A program made the position numbers and the translations under genes. Below the pieces are notes generated by a model. The model was not told the origin of the DNA. It saw only the letters and a program-made list of their open reading frames with translations, and did not search any database. This document shows, one piece after another, positions 19,301 through 28,360 of a stretch of DNA of 64,000 nucleotides (positions within the stretch are counted from its first letter, which is position 1; each line of letters starts with the position of its first letter). Source of the stretch: an uncultured Thermoleophilia bacterium (GTDB lineage Bacteria > Actinomycetota > Thermoleophilia > Gaiellales > Gaiellaceae); contig CAWJNF010000005.1 of NCBI GenBank assembly GCA_963844235.1, positions 65,899 through 129,898 on the forward strand. The letters are read 5' to 3'.

Positions 19301-20931
19301 TGCCTGGACCAGCCTACCGCGTCGAGACAGCTCGCCTCGTGCTCCGCTGCTGGAGGCCGGAGGATGCCGAGTTGCTCGAGCAGGCCGTGGTCGAGAGCCT
19401 CGACCACCTTCGCCCCTGGATGCCCTGGGCGGCCGACGAGCCCATCGATCTCGCCGCCAGAGTCGAGCTGCTTCGCACATTCCGGGGCAGGTTCGATCTC
19501 GGCGAGGAGTTCGTCTACGCCGTTCTCGATCGCGGCGAGAGCCGCGTCCTCGGCGGCACGGGGCTCCACCTGAGGAGCGGCCCGGCCTCGCGGGAGATCG
19601 GCTACTGGATCCACGCCGACCATGTCGGACGCGGTCTTGCGACCGAGGCAGCCGGAGCGCTGACACGCGTCGCGATCGAGATCGACGGTGTGTCTCGGGT
19701 CGAGATTCGTTGCGACCCGGCGAACGCCGCGAGCGCGCGGGTGCCCGCGAAGCTCGGGTTCAGGCACGAGGCGACGCTGCGCCGGATCCTGACTGGTTCG
19801 GACGGCTCGCCCCGTGACGCGATGATCTGGGCGCTGCTCGCCGACGAGCATCCCGGAAGCCCGGCCGCGGTCGTCGAGCTGGCGGCCTTCGACGCGGCCG
19901 GAGCCAGGCTCTTGTAGAGGCTGCCGAGCGGCCGGTGCGCCTGCTCGAGCACGATCCCGCTCTGCAAGCGCTGCTCGTCGAGCACTGTGAGCCGGGTGTG
20001 CAGCTGTGGGGAGTTCCCGAGGAGGAAGCTGCCGCCGCTCGCGGTGCACCGCGACCCCGAGCACGACGAGCGCGACACCCACGACCTCGATCCACGTCGG
20101 CAGCTGAAGCAGCACAGCGATCCCGATGACGGTCGCGGTCGCCGGGAGCAGGGCCACGAAGAGCGCGTACGTTGCCCGGGCCATACGCGCCATCGCGAGC
20201 TGGTCGCAGACGTATGGGATGACGGACGAGGTGACCGCGACCCCGATCGCGGCGCCGAGGGTTACAGGGTCGATCAGCGCCGGAGCGGCGCTCCAGCCGC
20301 CGATCGGCGTCACCACGACCGCAGCCACGAGCATGGCCCCGGCCAGGCCGTCGATGCCGCCGGTCGGGCCCCTCTGCGCGACCCGGTGGGCGAGGACGAT
20401 GTAGACGGCGAAGAGCGCCGCGTTCACGAAGGCGAGGACGATTCCAACCACGTTGCCCTCGATGCGCACGTCGACGAGCAGGTAGACGCCCGCCGCGGCG
20501 GCGATCAGGGCGAGGGCGTTGCGGGCCGTGCGCGCCCCGGCCGCTGCGAGCGCGATAACCGGCAGGAACTCGATCGCCGCCACGGTGGCGAGCGGGAGCC
20601 GGTCGATCGCCACGTAGAAGCACGCGTTCATGACGGCCAGCACGGCACCCAGGGCAAGCAACAAGCGGCGGCCGCCGCCGTCGAGCGCGGCGAAGCAGCG
20701 CCACGGCCGGCGCCAGAGCGCGTAGATCGCCGCCGCGCACGTGATGCGAAGCCACGCCGCGCCCAGCGGCTCCACGCGGGCGAAGAGAAGGACGGCGAAC
20801 GCCGGGCCGAGGTAGTGGAAGACGGCGCTGCCGACGAAGAACGCGGCGGGCGGGGCCGAAGCCGCGAGGCCGCCGGCACGGCCGCCGGCGAGCCCCGTCG
20901 TCGCTGAACGGACAGCCGCGGAGAACCCCAC
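19219..20931 (-). CDS. EamA/DMT-family transporter; conserved part ends near 20030, but there is no in-frame stop until 19219
   Basis: About 300 aa and 10 TM helices of typical EamA sequence (20931 to ~20030). The frame then stays open for ~270 more codons, antisense to the GNAT gene. Confidence 0.6.
   Translation of the reverse strand: MGFSAAVRSATTGLAGGRAGGLAASAPPAAFFVGSAVFHYLGPAFAVLLFARVEPLGAAWLRITCAAAIYALWRRPWRCFAALDGGGRRLLLALGAVLAVMNACFYVAIDRLPLATVAAIEFLPVIALAAAGARTARNALALIAAAAGVYLLVDVRIEGNVVGIVLAFVNAALFAVYIVLAHRVAQRGPTGGIDGLAGAMLVAAVVVTPIGGWSAAPALIDPVTLGAAIGVAVTSSVIPYVCDQLAMARMARATYALFVALLPATATVIGIAVLLQLPTWIEVVGVALVVLGVAVHRERRQLPPRELPTAAHPAHSARRAALAERDRARAGAPAARQPLQEPGSGRVEGRQLDDRGRASGMLVGEQRPDHRVTGRAVRTSQDPAQRRLVPEPELRGHPRARGVRRVATNLDPRHTVDLDRDACQRSGCLGRKTASDMVGVDPVADLPRGRAAPQVEPRAAEDAALAAIENGVDELLAEIEPAPECAKQLDSGGEIDGLVGRPGHPGAKVVEALDHGLLEQLGILRPPAAEHEASCLDAVGWSRHQVEGPRWRAASKSAMPAATLTFSDST
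19300..19917 (+). CDS. GNAT family N-acetyltransferase (RimJ/RimL-like)
   Basis: RLVLRCWRPEDAELL...IGYWIHADHVGRGLATEAAGAL...ARVPAKLGFRHEATLRR. Confidence 0.8.
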   Translation: MPGPAYRVETARLVLRCWRPEDAELLEQAVVESLDHLRPWMPWAADEPIDLAARVELLRTFRGRFDLGEEFVYAVLDRGESRVLGGTGLHLRSGPASREIGYWIHADHVGRGLATEAAGALTRVAIEIDGVSRVEIRCDPANAASARVPAKLGFRHEATLRRILTGSDGSPRDAMIWALLADEHPGSPAAVVELAAFDAAGARLL

Positions 20932-20993
20932 GACCTCATTGTCCTGACCGAGGTACGATTCCGACAGAGCCGATCAAAGGCATTCAAAGCCAA

Positions 20994-21482
20994 GTGCCTA
21001 CGTACCAGAGGAAGAACCGCCCGATCGCCTACGAACGCGATCTGCTCGACGATGTCAACCGGCGCATCCTCGGCGAGCTCCAGGCGGACGCGCGGCTCAG
21101 CATGGCGGAGCTGGGCCGCCGCGTGAGCCTTTCGCCGCCGGCGGTCGCCGAGCGTGTCCAGCGCCTCGAGCAGGCCGGCGTGATCACCGGCTACCGCGCC
21201 GAGGTCGACCCGAAGGCGATCGGCTTTCCGATCGCCGTGGTCGTCCGCGTGGCCCCCGCCAGCCGGCAGGTGCACCGGATCCCCGAGATCGCGCGCGAGA
21301 CGCCCGAGGTGGTCGAGTGCTACCGGATCACGGGCGAGGACTGCTTCTTCCTCAAGCTGCACCTCCGCTCGATGGACGACCTCGAGGCCATCCTCGATCG
21401 CTTCGTGCTCTACGGCCGCACGACCACGTCGATCGTCCACTCCGCTCCCGTGGCCCGGCGCACGCTCCCCCTCGACGAGTAG
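20994..21482 (+). CDS. Lrp/AsnC family transcriptional regulator
   Basis: HTH LSMAELGRRVSLSPPAVAERVQRLE plus a C-terminal RAM-like domain. Divergent from the EamA exporter gene. Confidence 0.9.
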   Translation: MPTYQRKNRPIAYERDLLDDVNRRILGELQADARLSMAELGRRVSLSPPAVAERVQRLEQAGVITGYRAEVDPKAIGFPIAVVVRVAPASRQVHRIPEIARETPEVVECYRITGEDCFFLKLHLRSMDDLEAILDRFVLYGRTTTSIVHSAPVARRTLPLDE

Positions 21483-21490
21483 ACCGGCAC

Positions 21491-21931
21491 ATGCCCGAGC
21501 CGACGCTCTACGTGTTCGACGGCTACAACCTGCTCCACGCAGGGACGAGCGACTCCCGCGACGAGCTCGTCGACAGGCTTGCCGGCTTCGTCGCGCTTCG
21601 CGGTGCCCGCGGCGTCGTGGTGTTCGACGGCGAAGGTGAGGAGCGACGCGTCGGCTCGCTCGAGGTGCGCTTCGCGAGGCATGCGGACACGCTCGTCGAG
21701 CGCCTCGCCGCCGAGCGCCGCGGCAGCGAGCGGGTCGCCGTCGTCTCGTCCGACGCCGCGGTTCGCGAGACGGCGGGCCCGTGGGTCGAGCGGCGCTCCT
21801 CGCGGAGCTTCATGCGCGAGCTCGAGAGCGAGCGGCCGCCGCCTCCGAGCCCAGCGGGCCGCTTCCAGGTGGAGAGCGCGCTCGACCCGGAGACCCGGGA
21901 CAGGCTCGAACGACTGCGGCGGGGCCGGTAG
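21491..21931 (+). CDS. NYN-domain protein, YacP/Rae1-like ribonuclease
   Basis: MPEPTLYVFDGYNLLHA...VVVFDG...VRFA...ADTLVE...VVSSD pattern. Confidence 0.75.
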   Translation: MPEPTLYVFDGYNLLHAGTSDSRDELVDRLAGFVALRGARGVVVFDGEGEERRVGSLEVRFARHADTLVERLAAERRGSERVAVVSSDAAVRETAGPWVERRSSRSFMRELESERPPPPSPAGRFQVESALDPETRDRLERLRRGR

Positions 21932-22007
21932 TGGTCGGTGGGAGTGGGGAGGGCGGCCGGTTGACGCCGGCCCCGCCTTCGCCCACCATGGCCTCCTAGG
22001 TGCAACC

Positions 22008-24065
22008 ATGGCTCGCAACCTCTACATCACGGGAATGGAGCCGCGTAGCGGGAAATCCGTCGTCGCGCTCGGCGTGATGGAGCTGCTCTCGGCGCGTGTG
22101 GAGAGGCTCGGCTTCTTCCGGCCGATCGTGCCCTCGAGGACCGAGCGAGATCCCCAGCTCGAGCTCGTTCGCCGCCGCTACAAGCTCGCCGCCTCCTACG
22201 AGGAGATGCATGCGCTCGCCGAGGAAGAGGCGAGCGAGATCGAGTACGAGGAGCTGCGCAAGCGGGTCGTCGGGGCCTATAAGGCGCTCGAGCAGCGCTG
22301 CGACTTCGTCGTCTGCGAGGGCACCGACTTCGGCGGCGCGGCAGCGCTCGCCTTCGGCCGGAACGCGGACCTCGCGAACGAGCTTGGCGCTCCGGTGCTC
22401 GTCGTCGTCCGAGGCGGCACACCGGAGGAGACCCTGGCCTCGGTCCGCGCCGCCCGCGGGTCGCTCGACCACAAGGACTGCGCGATCTTCGGGGTCGTCG
22501 TGAATCGGGTCGACCCGGAGAACATGGCCGACGTGGCCGCCAGGCTCGCCGGGACGGACGGAGAGGAGCCCGTCTACGTCCTTCCGGAGCGCCCGGAGCT
22601 GGCCTATCCCACCGTGGCCGAGATCGCGGCGCAGCTGGACGCGACGATCCTCTTCGACCCCCGCGAGGCGCTTCACCGGGAGGTGCGCGACGTCAGGGTC
22701 GCGGCCATGAGCGTCGAGCACTTCATCGACAATCTCGTCGACGGTGCACTCGTCATCGTCCCCGGCGACAGACCGGACATCCTCGTCACGGCGTTCGCGT
22801 CCACGATCTCGGCCGCGATTCCGACGGTCTCGGGAGTCGTGCTCACCGGCGGGTACCCGCCGAGCGAGCCCGTCCGCCGGCTGCTGGAGAGCGCGCCCTT
22901 CCCCGTGCTCGAGGCCACGCAGCTCACCCATGAGGTGGCTGCCGCGGTGCAGTCGGTTCAGCCGGTCATCGGGCCCGAGGACGAACGCAAGGTCGCCACC
23001 GCGCTCGGTCTGTTCGAGGCCTCTGTCGACACGGGCGAGCTGGAGCGGCGAATCGCCCTCGACCGGCCCGCGCGGGTGACGCCGATCATGTTCGAGTACG
23101 AGCTGATGGAGCGCGCCAAGGCGCGCAGGACGCACATCGTCCTACCGGAAGGCGAGGACGAGCGCGTTCTCCGCGCCGCCGAGATCCTGCTCAGGCGTGA
23201 CGTCGTCGATCTGACCATCCTCGGCGGGGTCGAGGACGTCCGTGGGCAGGCTGCCTCGCTCGGTCTCGATCTCGGCCGCGCCGCGCTGGTCGACCCGGTC
23301 GACTCGCCGCTGCGGCAGGACTACGCGAACCGATACTTCGAGCTGCGCAAGCACAAGGGGGTGACCGAAGAGCTGGCGTTCGACGTGGTCGCCGATCCGA
23401 GCTATTTCGGCACGCTGATGGTGCAGTCGGACGCGGTCGACGGCATGGTGTCGGGCGCCGCGCACACGACCGGCGACACGGTGCGGCCGGCGTTCGAGAT
23501 CATCAAGGCGCGCGAGGGCGTCTCCGTGGTCTCTAGCGTGTTCTTCATGTGCCTCGCCGATCGAGTGCTGGTATACGGCGACTGCGCCGTCAACCCCAAG
23601 CCGGACACCGCGCAGCTCGCCGACATCGCGATCAGCTCGGCCGAGACCGCGGCCGCGTTCGGCATCGAGCCGCGGATCGCGATGCTCTCCTACTCCACCG
23701 GCGAATCGGGCCGCGGCGAGGACGTCGAGGCCGTTCGCGCCGCGACAGACGCGGTCCGGGAACGCCGGCCCGACCTCAAGGTCGAGGGCCCGATCCAGTA
23801 CGACGCCGCCGTGGACGCGAGCGTCGCGAAGCTGAAGCTTCCGGGGAGCGAGGTCGCGGGTCACGCGACCGTCTTCATCTTCCCCGACCTCGACACCGGG
23901 AACGTGGCCTACAAGGCCGTCCAGCGCTCGGCCCACGCACTGGCCCTCGGACCGGTCCTGCAGGGGCTGCGCAAGCCCGTGAACGACCTCAGCCGCGGTT
24001 GCACGGTCGCCGACATCGTCAACACGGTCGCGATTACCGCCATCCAGGCTCAGAGCAACGGCTGA
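22008..24065 (+). CDS. pta: phosphate acetyltransferase, long form (N-terminal DRTGG/CobQ-like plus PTA domain)
   Basis: MARNLYITGMEPRSGKS...; C-terminal domain HIVLPEGEDERVLRAA, SGAAHTTGDTVRPA, DCAVNPKP, LQGLRKPVNDLSRG. Confidence 0.9.
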   Translation: MARNLYITGMEPRSGKSVVALGVMELLSARVERLGFFRPIVPSRTERDPQLELVRRRYKLAASYEEMHALAEEEASEIEYEELRKRVVGAYKALEQRCDFVVCEGTDFGGAAALAFGRNADLANELGAPVLVVVRGGTPEETLASVRAARGSLDHKDCAIFGVVVNRVDPENMADVAARLAGTDGEEPVYVLPERPELAYPTVAEIAAQLDATILFDPREALHREVRDVRVAAMSVEHFIDNLVDGALVIVPGDRPDILVTAFASTISAAIPTVSGVVLTGGYPPSEPVRRLLESAPFPVLEATQLTHEVAAAVQSVQPVIGPEDERKVATALGLFEASVDTGELERRIALDRPARVTPIMFEYELMERAKARRTHIVLPEGEDERVLRAAEILLRRDVVDLTILGGVEDVRGQAASLGLDLGRAALVDPVDSPLRQDYANRYFELRKHKGVTEELAFDVVADPSYFGTLMVQSDAVDGMVSGAAHTTGDTVRPAFEIIKAREGVSVVSSVFFMCLADRVLVYGDCAVNPKPDTAQLADIAISSAETAAAFGIEPRIAMLSYSTGESGRGEDVEAVRAATDAVRERRPDLKVEGPIQYDAAVDASVAKLKLPGSEVAGHATVFIFPDLDTGNVAYKAVQRSAHALALGPVLQGLRKPVNDLSRGCTVADIVNTVAITAIQAQSNG

Positions 24066-24125
24066 GGCTCGCGCGGACCCGTCCCTCGAGGCGTCGGGCC
24101 TGTCTCGGTGCTGCCACCGTCTTGC

Positions 24126-24145
24126 GGGCCGGACATGTCCGGCCC
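24126..24145 (+). terminator. hairpin GGGCCGGACA/TGTCCGGCCC
   Basis: Perfect 20-nt palindrome 61 nt after the pta stop. Member of a recurring GGGCCGGA...TCCGGCCC hairpin family. Confidence 0.4.
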
Positions 24146-24205
24146 CTACATTCGTTCCCCCGCCGGTGTCGGCCTTAGCGGGGGCCGCACTAGACTTCAC
24201 CGGCC

Positions 24206-25618
24206 GTGGTCGACCTCGACCTCAGCTACACGCCCGCGACGGAGCTCACGCGGCTCATCCGGGCAGGCGAGCTCTCTGCGGCCGAGGCGGTGCGGAACAG
24301 CCTCGAGCGCATCGAGCAGGTCAATCCGACGCTCAACTGCTTCTGCTTCGTCTATCCGGACGAGGCGCTCGAGCGAGCGGCCGAGGCGGACCGGGCGGCC
24401 GCCGCCGGCGGCGGGCTGGGGCCCCTGCACGGCGTTCCGGTCGCGATCAAGGACCTGACGCCGACGGCGGGCAAGACGACGACGATGGGCTCGTACGCCT
24501 TCGAGCACTTCGTTCCCGACCGAAGCGCGCTCATCGTCGACAGGCTGCTCGGGGCGGGCGCGATCATGGTCGGCAAGACGACCACGCCGGAGTTCGCCTA
24601 CTCGAGCTTCACGGAGAGCCCGCTGTGGGGGATCACGCGGAACCCGTGGAATCCCGAGAGGACGCCCGGCGGCTCCTCCGGCGGCGCCGGCGCGGCGGTG
24701 GCGTCCGGCTGCGTACCACTCGCCGAGGGAAGCGACATGGGCGGATCGATACGCATCCCGGCGGCGTGGTCGGGCACGGTCGGGCTGAAGCCGAGCTTCG
24801 GCCGCGTCCCGCTCGACTTCCTGCCAACGCAGTTCGACACGATCCAGCACGTGGGGCCGCTCGCGCGCACTGTCGCCGACGCGAGGCTCTTCCTCGCGTG
24901 CGCCCAGGGCCCGGACGAGCGCGACATCATGTCGCTCGCGCCCGCGCTCGACCTGTCCGGGCCGCTCGACGACTCGGCCGAGGGGCTGCGCCTTGCGCTC
25001 GACGTCGATCTCGGCCACTACGCGATCGACCCGGAGGTCGAGGCAGCGACCCGCGAGGCCGCGGCGGCCCTCGCCGAGGCGGGCGCGGAGGTCGAGGAGG
25101 TCGACCTGCGCTGGACGCGAGAGCTTGCCGATGCCTGGGTCGACCACTGGGGCGTCTACCTCGCCGCGATCTTCGGGCACACGCTGCCGGAGTTCCGCGA
25201 CAGGATGGATCCCAGAGTCGTCAGGCTGATGGACAAGGGGCTCGCCATGAGCGCGGTCGACTTCAAGCGGCTCGAGTTCGTGCGCACGCGGGCCTGGCAG
25301 GAGCTCGCCCCGATCCTCGAGCGTCACGACGCCTTCCTGTGCCCGACGATGTCGGTCCCGGCGCCGCCGGTGGACAAGGACGACTTCGAGTTCTACAGGG
25401 ACCGGGGCGACGGCCTCTACCACGCGCTCGACATCACGTGTCAGTTCAACTACGTAAGCCAGTGCCCGGTGCTCTCGGTCCCGTCGGGCTGGAGCGCCGA
25501 CGGCCTGCCGATCGGGCTTCAGATCGTCGCCCGCCGTTACCAGGACGACCTGGCGCTGCGTATCGGGGCCGCCCTGGAGCGGGTGTCTCCCTGGGCGCAC
25601 CGCCGCCCACCCGTCTGA
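24206..25618 (+). CDS. amidase-signature family amidase
   Basis: GVPVAIKDL and the Gly/Ser-rich signature GGSSGGAGAAVASG...GSDMGGSIRIPAAW. Confidence 0.85.
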   Translation: MVDLDLSYTPATELTRLIRAGELSAAEAVRNSLERIEQVNPTLNCFCFVYPDEALERAAEADRAAAAGGGLGPLHGVPVAIKDLTPTAGKTTTMGSYAFEHFVPDRSALIVDRLLGAGAIMVGKTTTPEFAYSSFTESPLWGITRNPWNPERTPGGSSGGAGAAVASGCVPLAEGSDMGGSIRIPAAWSGTVGLKPSFGRVPLDFLPTQFDTIQHVGPLARTVADARLFLACAQGPDERDIMSLAPALDLSGPLDDSAEGLRLALDVDLGHYAIDPEVEAATREAAAALAEAGAEVEEVDLRWTRELADAWVDHWGVYLAAIFGHTLPEFRDRMDPRVVRLMDKGLAMSAVDFKRLEFVRTRAWQELAPILERHDAFLCPTMSVPAPPVDKDDFEFYRDRGDGLYHALDITCQFNYVSQCPVLSVPSGWSADGLPIGLQIVARRYQDDLALRIGAALERVSPWAHRRPPV

Positions 25619-25702
25619 CGCGGTCGAGGCCGGCCAGGGGCAGTGCTCGGGGCCTGTTCGCACTCGATTTGAGACGATCAAACTGAAACTTTGCAAAACC
25701 CC

Positions 25703-25731
25703 TTGAAGTTCATTGCATAAGGTGCTAGTCT
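25703..25731 (+). promoter_or_regulatory. candidate sigma-70-type promoter (TTGAAG - 17 nt - TAGTCT)
   Basis: Sits in the only clearly AT-richer stretch of this intergenic region, ~50 nt upstream of the GGGGAGGG Shine-Dalgarno and GTG 25782 of the sigH-like gene. Confidence 0.35.
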
Positions 25732-25781
25732 CCCTGACCTCAAGTAGAGGTTCATGTTCGCGGGCAAATCGGGGAGGGATT

Positions 25782-26444
25782 GTGCCGCCACGGCTCCTCA
25801 CAGCGGCTCAACAGCAGGCTAAGGCTCAACGTGAAGTTGAGGATCTCCATCTCGTGCTGCGTGCCCGCAACGGCGACGACGTCTCGCTCGACGCGCTCAT
25901 CCGCCGCTACACGGGCTTCGTGCGGCTGAAGGCGAGCTCGTACTTCATCGCCGGCGGAGAGTCCGAGGATCTGATCCAGGAGGGGCTGATCGGGCTCTAC
26001 AAGGCCGTGCGCGACTTCCGCTCCGACAAGGAGACGTCGTTTCGCAGCTTCGCCGAGCTCTGTATCACGCGCCAGATCATCACGGCCATCAAGACGGCGA
26101 CGCGGTACAAGCACTCGCCGCTCAACACGTACGTCTCCTTCAGTCAGACGCCCGCAGGCCAGGAGGACTCCGACGTGACGCTCGGCGACGCGCTTGCCGG
26201 GCCCGGCGTCGACGATCCGGTCATCTGCGTGATCTCGACCGAGGAGCTGCAAAGCCTCGTCTTCGCGCTCGGCACGGGTCTCTCCCAGCTGGAGGCCGAC
26301 GCCCTGCGCCTCTACCTCGAGGGGCTCTCCTACGAGCAGATGGCGGAAGAGCTCGACTGCGACACGAAGACGATCGACAACGCTCTGCAGCGTGTGAAGC
26401 GCAAGGTGCTCGCTCACCAGGCGTCCCGCGCCGTGCCGGCCTGA
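25782..26444 (+). CDS. sigH: sigma-70 family sigma factor, Bacillus SigH-like
   Basis: LIQEGLIGLYKAVRDFRSDKETSFRSFAELCITRQIITAIKTATRYKHSPLNTYVSF and IDNALQRVKRKV closely track B. subtilis SigH as recalled from memory. GTG 25782 is preceded by GGGGAGGG. Confidence 0.85.
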   Translation: MPPRLLTAAQQQAKAQREVEDLHLVLRARNGDDVSLDALIRRYTGFVRLKASSYFIAGGESEDLIQEGLIGLYKAVRDFRSDKETSFRSFAELCITRQIITAIKTATRYKHSPLNTYVSFSQTPAGQEDSDVTLGDALAGPGVDDPVICVISTEELQSLVFALGTGLSQLEADALRLYLEGLSYEQMAEELDCDTKTIDNALQRVKRKVLAHQASRAVPA

Positions 26445-26480
26445 GTCGGGTTCGGTTCGGCCCGTATCATTTCCGGCGTT

Positions 26481-26553
26481 GCCGGAGTAGCTCAGCTGGC
26501 AGAGCACTCGCCTTGTAAGCGAGATGTCGCGGGTTCGAGTCCCGCCTCCGGCT
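26481..26553 (+). tRNA. tRNA-Thr (anticodon UGU)
   Basis: Cloverleaf checked by hand: acceptor GCCGGAG/CTCCGGC, anticodon stem CTCGC/GCGAG with loop CTTGTAA, T-arm GCGGG-TTCGAGT-CCCGC. No encoded CCA. Confidence 0.9.
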
Positions 26554-26589
26554 TGCGATCGCGCTGACGCGATCGCCGCGCCCGCGGCG

Positions 26590-26949
26590 TCAGGCGAAGA
26601 ACGTGTCCTCGTGGCGGTACGGCGGCGCGCAGCAGCAGAGAAAGCGCAGCTCCTGGCCCTCATCGGCGCGGATCTGGTGCCAGGCGCCGGGCGGGATCAG
26701 GATCGCATCCCCCGGTGCGACGTCGCGTCGCTCGCCGTCGAGCTCCATCTCGCCCGAGCCCTCGACGAGGTAGTAGATCTCCTCGCTCTCGCGGTGGTAG
26801 TGGCGCTCGGTCGCGCCTCCCGCCGGCAGGCTGGCCTCCGCGAGGCTCTGGTTACGGGCCGACGAGGTGGGCAACCCGAGCAGTTCCCGTATCGTCGAGC
26901 CGTCCTTCGTGGTGAATGGCTCGGCCTGGGCGAGCGAGCGGATCTCCAC
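26590..26949 (-). CDS. cupin domain protein
   Basis: VEIRSLAQAEPFTTKDGSTIRELLG...ERHYHRESEEIYYLVEGSGEMELDGE...PGAWHQI, a cupin two-motif pattern. Confidence 0.7.
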   Translation of the reverse strand: MEIRSLAQAEPFTTKDGSTIRELLGLPTSSARNQSLAEASLPAGGATERHYHRESEEIYYLVEGSGEMELDGERRDVAPGDAILIPPGAWHQIRADEGQELRFLCCCAPPYRHEDTFFA

Positions 26950-27011
26950 GCCCGCACCGTAGCCGAGGGAGCCCCTCGTCCTACACCCAGGAGGCCCTTC
27001 GCTGCAGGCCG

Positions 27012-27515
27012 TCAGTCGCCGCGTTGCGTATCCGGCCGCGGCTCGAGCCTGGTCTCCGCGCTGCGCGCCCGCCACAGGTGACCGACGAGGAGGGCGACCA
27101 GACCGAGCGTCACGGCCAGGTCGGCGAGGTTGAAGGCGCCACCTGCACCGCGGTCGACGAAGTCCGTGACGTAGCCGAGCCGCAAGCGGTCGACGAGGTT
27201 GCCGAGGCCACCTCCGAGCAGAAGACCGAAGCCGATGACCGACAGCGGCCCCGGATTGCGTCGGCGCAGGACGTAGACGACGAGCGCGGCCAGGCCGAGC
27301 GCACTCGCGAACGCGATCGGGACGGCGGTCCCCTGCAGATGCCCTCCGAGGATGCCGCTGTTGCGGACGTGGTGGATCGAGAACGGACCGACCGCAGGCA
27401 CGGCCTCCCCGAGGTCGAGCGTGGCGCGCACGATCGCCTTTGTCGCCTGGTCGGCGGCGAGCGCCACTGCGGCCACGGCTGCGAAGGCGACCCAGTGCGT
27501 GCGGCGAGCGTGCAT
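27012..27515 (-). CDS. lspA: lipoprotein signal peptidase (signal peptidase II)
   Basis: Four TM helices; DQATKAIV, VRNSGILGG, DFVD...GAFNLADLAV. Confidence 0.8.
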   Translation of the reverse strand: MHARRTHWVAFAAVAAVALAADQATKAIVRATLDLGEAVPAVGPFSIHHVRNSGILGGHLQGTAVPIAFASALGLAALVVYVLRRRNPGPLSVIGFGLLLGGGLGNLVDRLRLGYVTDFVDRGAGGAFNLADLAVTLGLVALLVGHLWRARSAETRLEPRPDTQRGD

Positions 27516-27598
27516 CGGTCTGACACTAGCGCGGACGGGGCTTGGGCGCGCAAAACCCATGTTTCACCCGTCGCCGGCGAGGTCGCCCGGCAGCCGGC

Positions 27599-28273
27599 TC
27601 AGGGAACCGCCTCCACGGGCGGAATCGTCTCCAGTGAGAAGCACCCGACGAAGCGTTCGAGCGATTCCTGGTCGCCCGCGATCCGAATCGAGCCGCTCTC
27701 GACCGCGGCTGCCGGGCTCTGCCGGCCGCTGAGCAGCGCGTGTAGGCCGGCCGCGTCCGTCTCGAGCTCGAGGTCGGGATCGGCCAGCTCTCCCGCCCCG
27801 ATCTCGAGCTCGTCGATGCCGACCGAGAGGTTGACGACGACGTCGTCGACCCGGAGCACGTAACGCACGGGCGGTCCGGCTGCGCGATCCGGTTTGAACA
27901 TCGCGCCCAATGCGAGGCGCAGCGAGTCGCCGTTCAGCGTGTCTCCGGGGCGGGGCTCGCCCATCATCCTGGCGCCCCAGAGGCCCAAGCGCACCACGAC
28001 GTCCTCGAGCTCGAGCCCGTAGTCGGTGAGCTCGTAGACGACCGGTCCACCCGGTAACGGTGAGAGCGAACGCCGGACAACCCCGCCGCGCTCGAGCTCC
28101 TTGAGCCGGGACGAGAGGACGTTCGTGGGGATCCGAGGCAGCCCGCGCCGCAGGTCGGTGAAGCGCTTCGGTCCGAGGATCAGATCCCGGACGACGAGCA
28201 GCGCCCAACGCTCGCCGACGAGCTCGAGCGCATGGGCCAGCCCGCAGATCTGGCCGTAGCCGCGGCCTCGCAT
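27599..28273 (-). CDS. HxlR-family wHTH regulator with C-terminal SCP2-like domain
   Basis: CGLAHALELVGERWALLVVRDLILGPKRFTDLRRGLPRIPTNVLSSRLKELE. Divergent from the MFS gene. Confidence 0.8.
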   Translation of the reverse strand: MRGRGYGQICGLAHALELVGERWALLVVRDLILGPKRFTDLRRGLPRIPTNVLSSRLKELERGGVVRRSLSPLPGGPVVYELTDYGLELEDVVVRLGLWGARMMGEPRPGDTLNGDSLRLALGAMFKPDRAAGPPVRYVLRVDDVVVNLSVGIDELEIGAGELADPDLELETDAAGLHALLSGRQSPAAAVESGSIRIAGDQESLERFVGCFSLETIPPVEAVP

Positions 28274-28360
28274 CAGACCATTCTAGCGTGTCAACTTGCA
28301 AAGACAGATTCTAGTTGTATATAACAACTTCAATTCGTTAGAACAACTAGGAGGCGCAGC

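Noticed and set aside
25713-25781. Upstream ATG start for the sigH-like gene.
   Set aside because: It lies inside the AT-richer promoter-like region. GTG 25782 has a strong GGGGAGGG ribosome-binding site, and homology to SigH starts after it.
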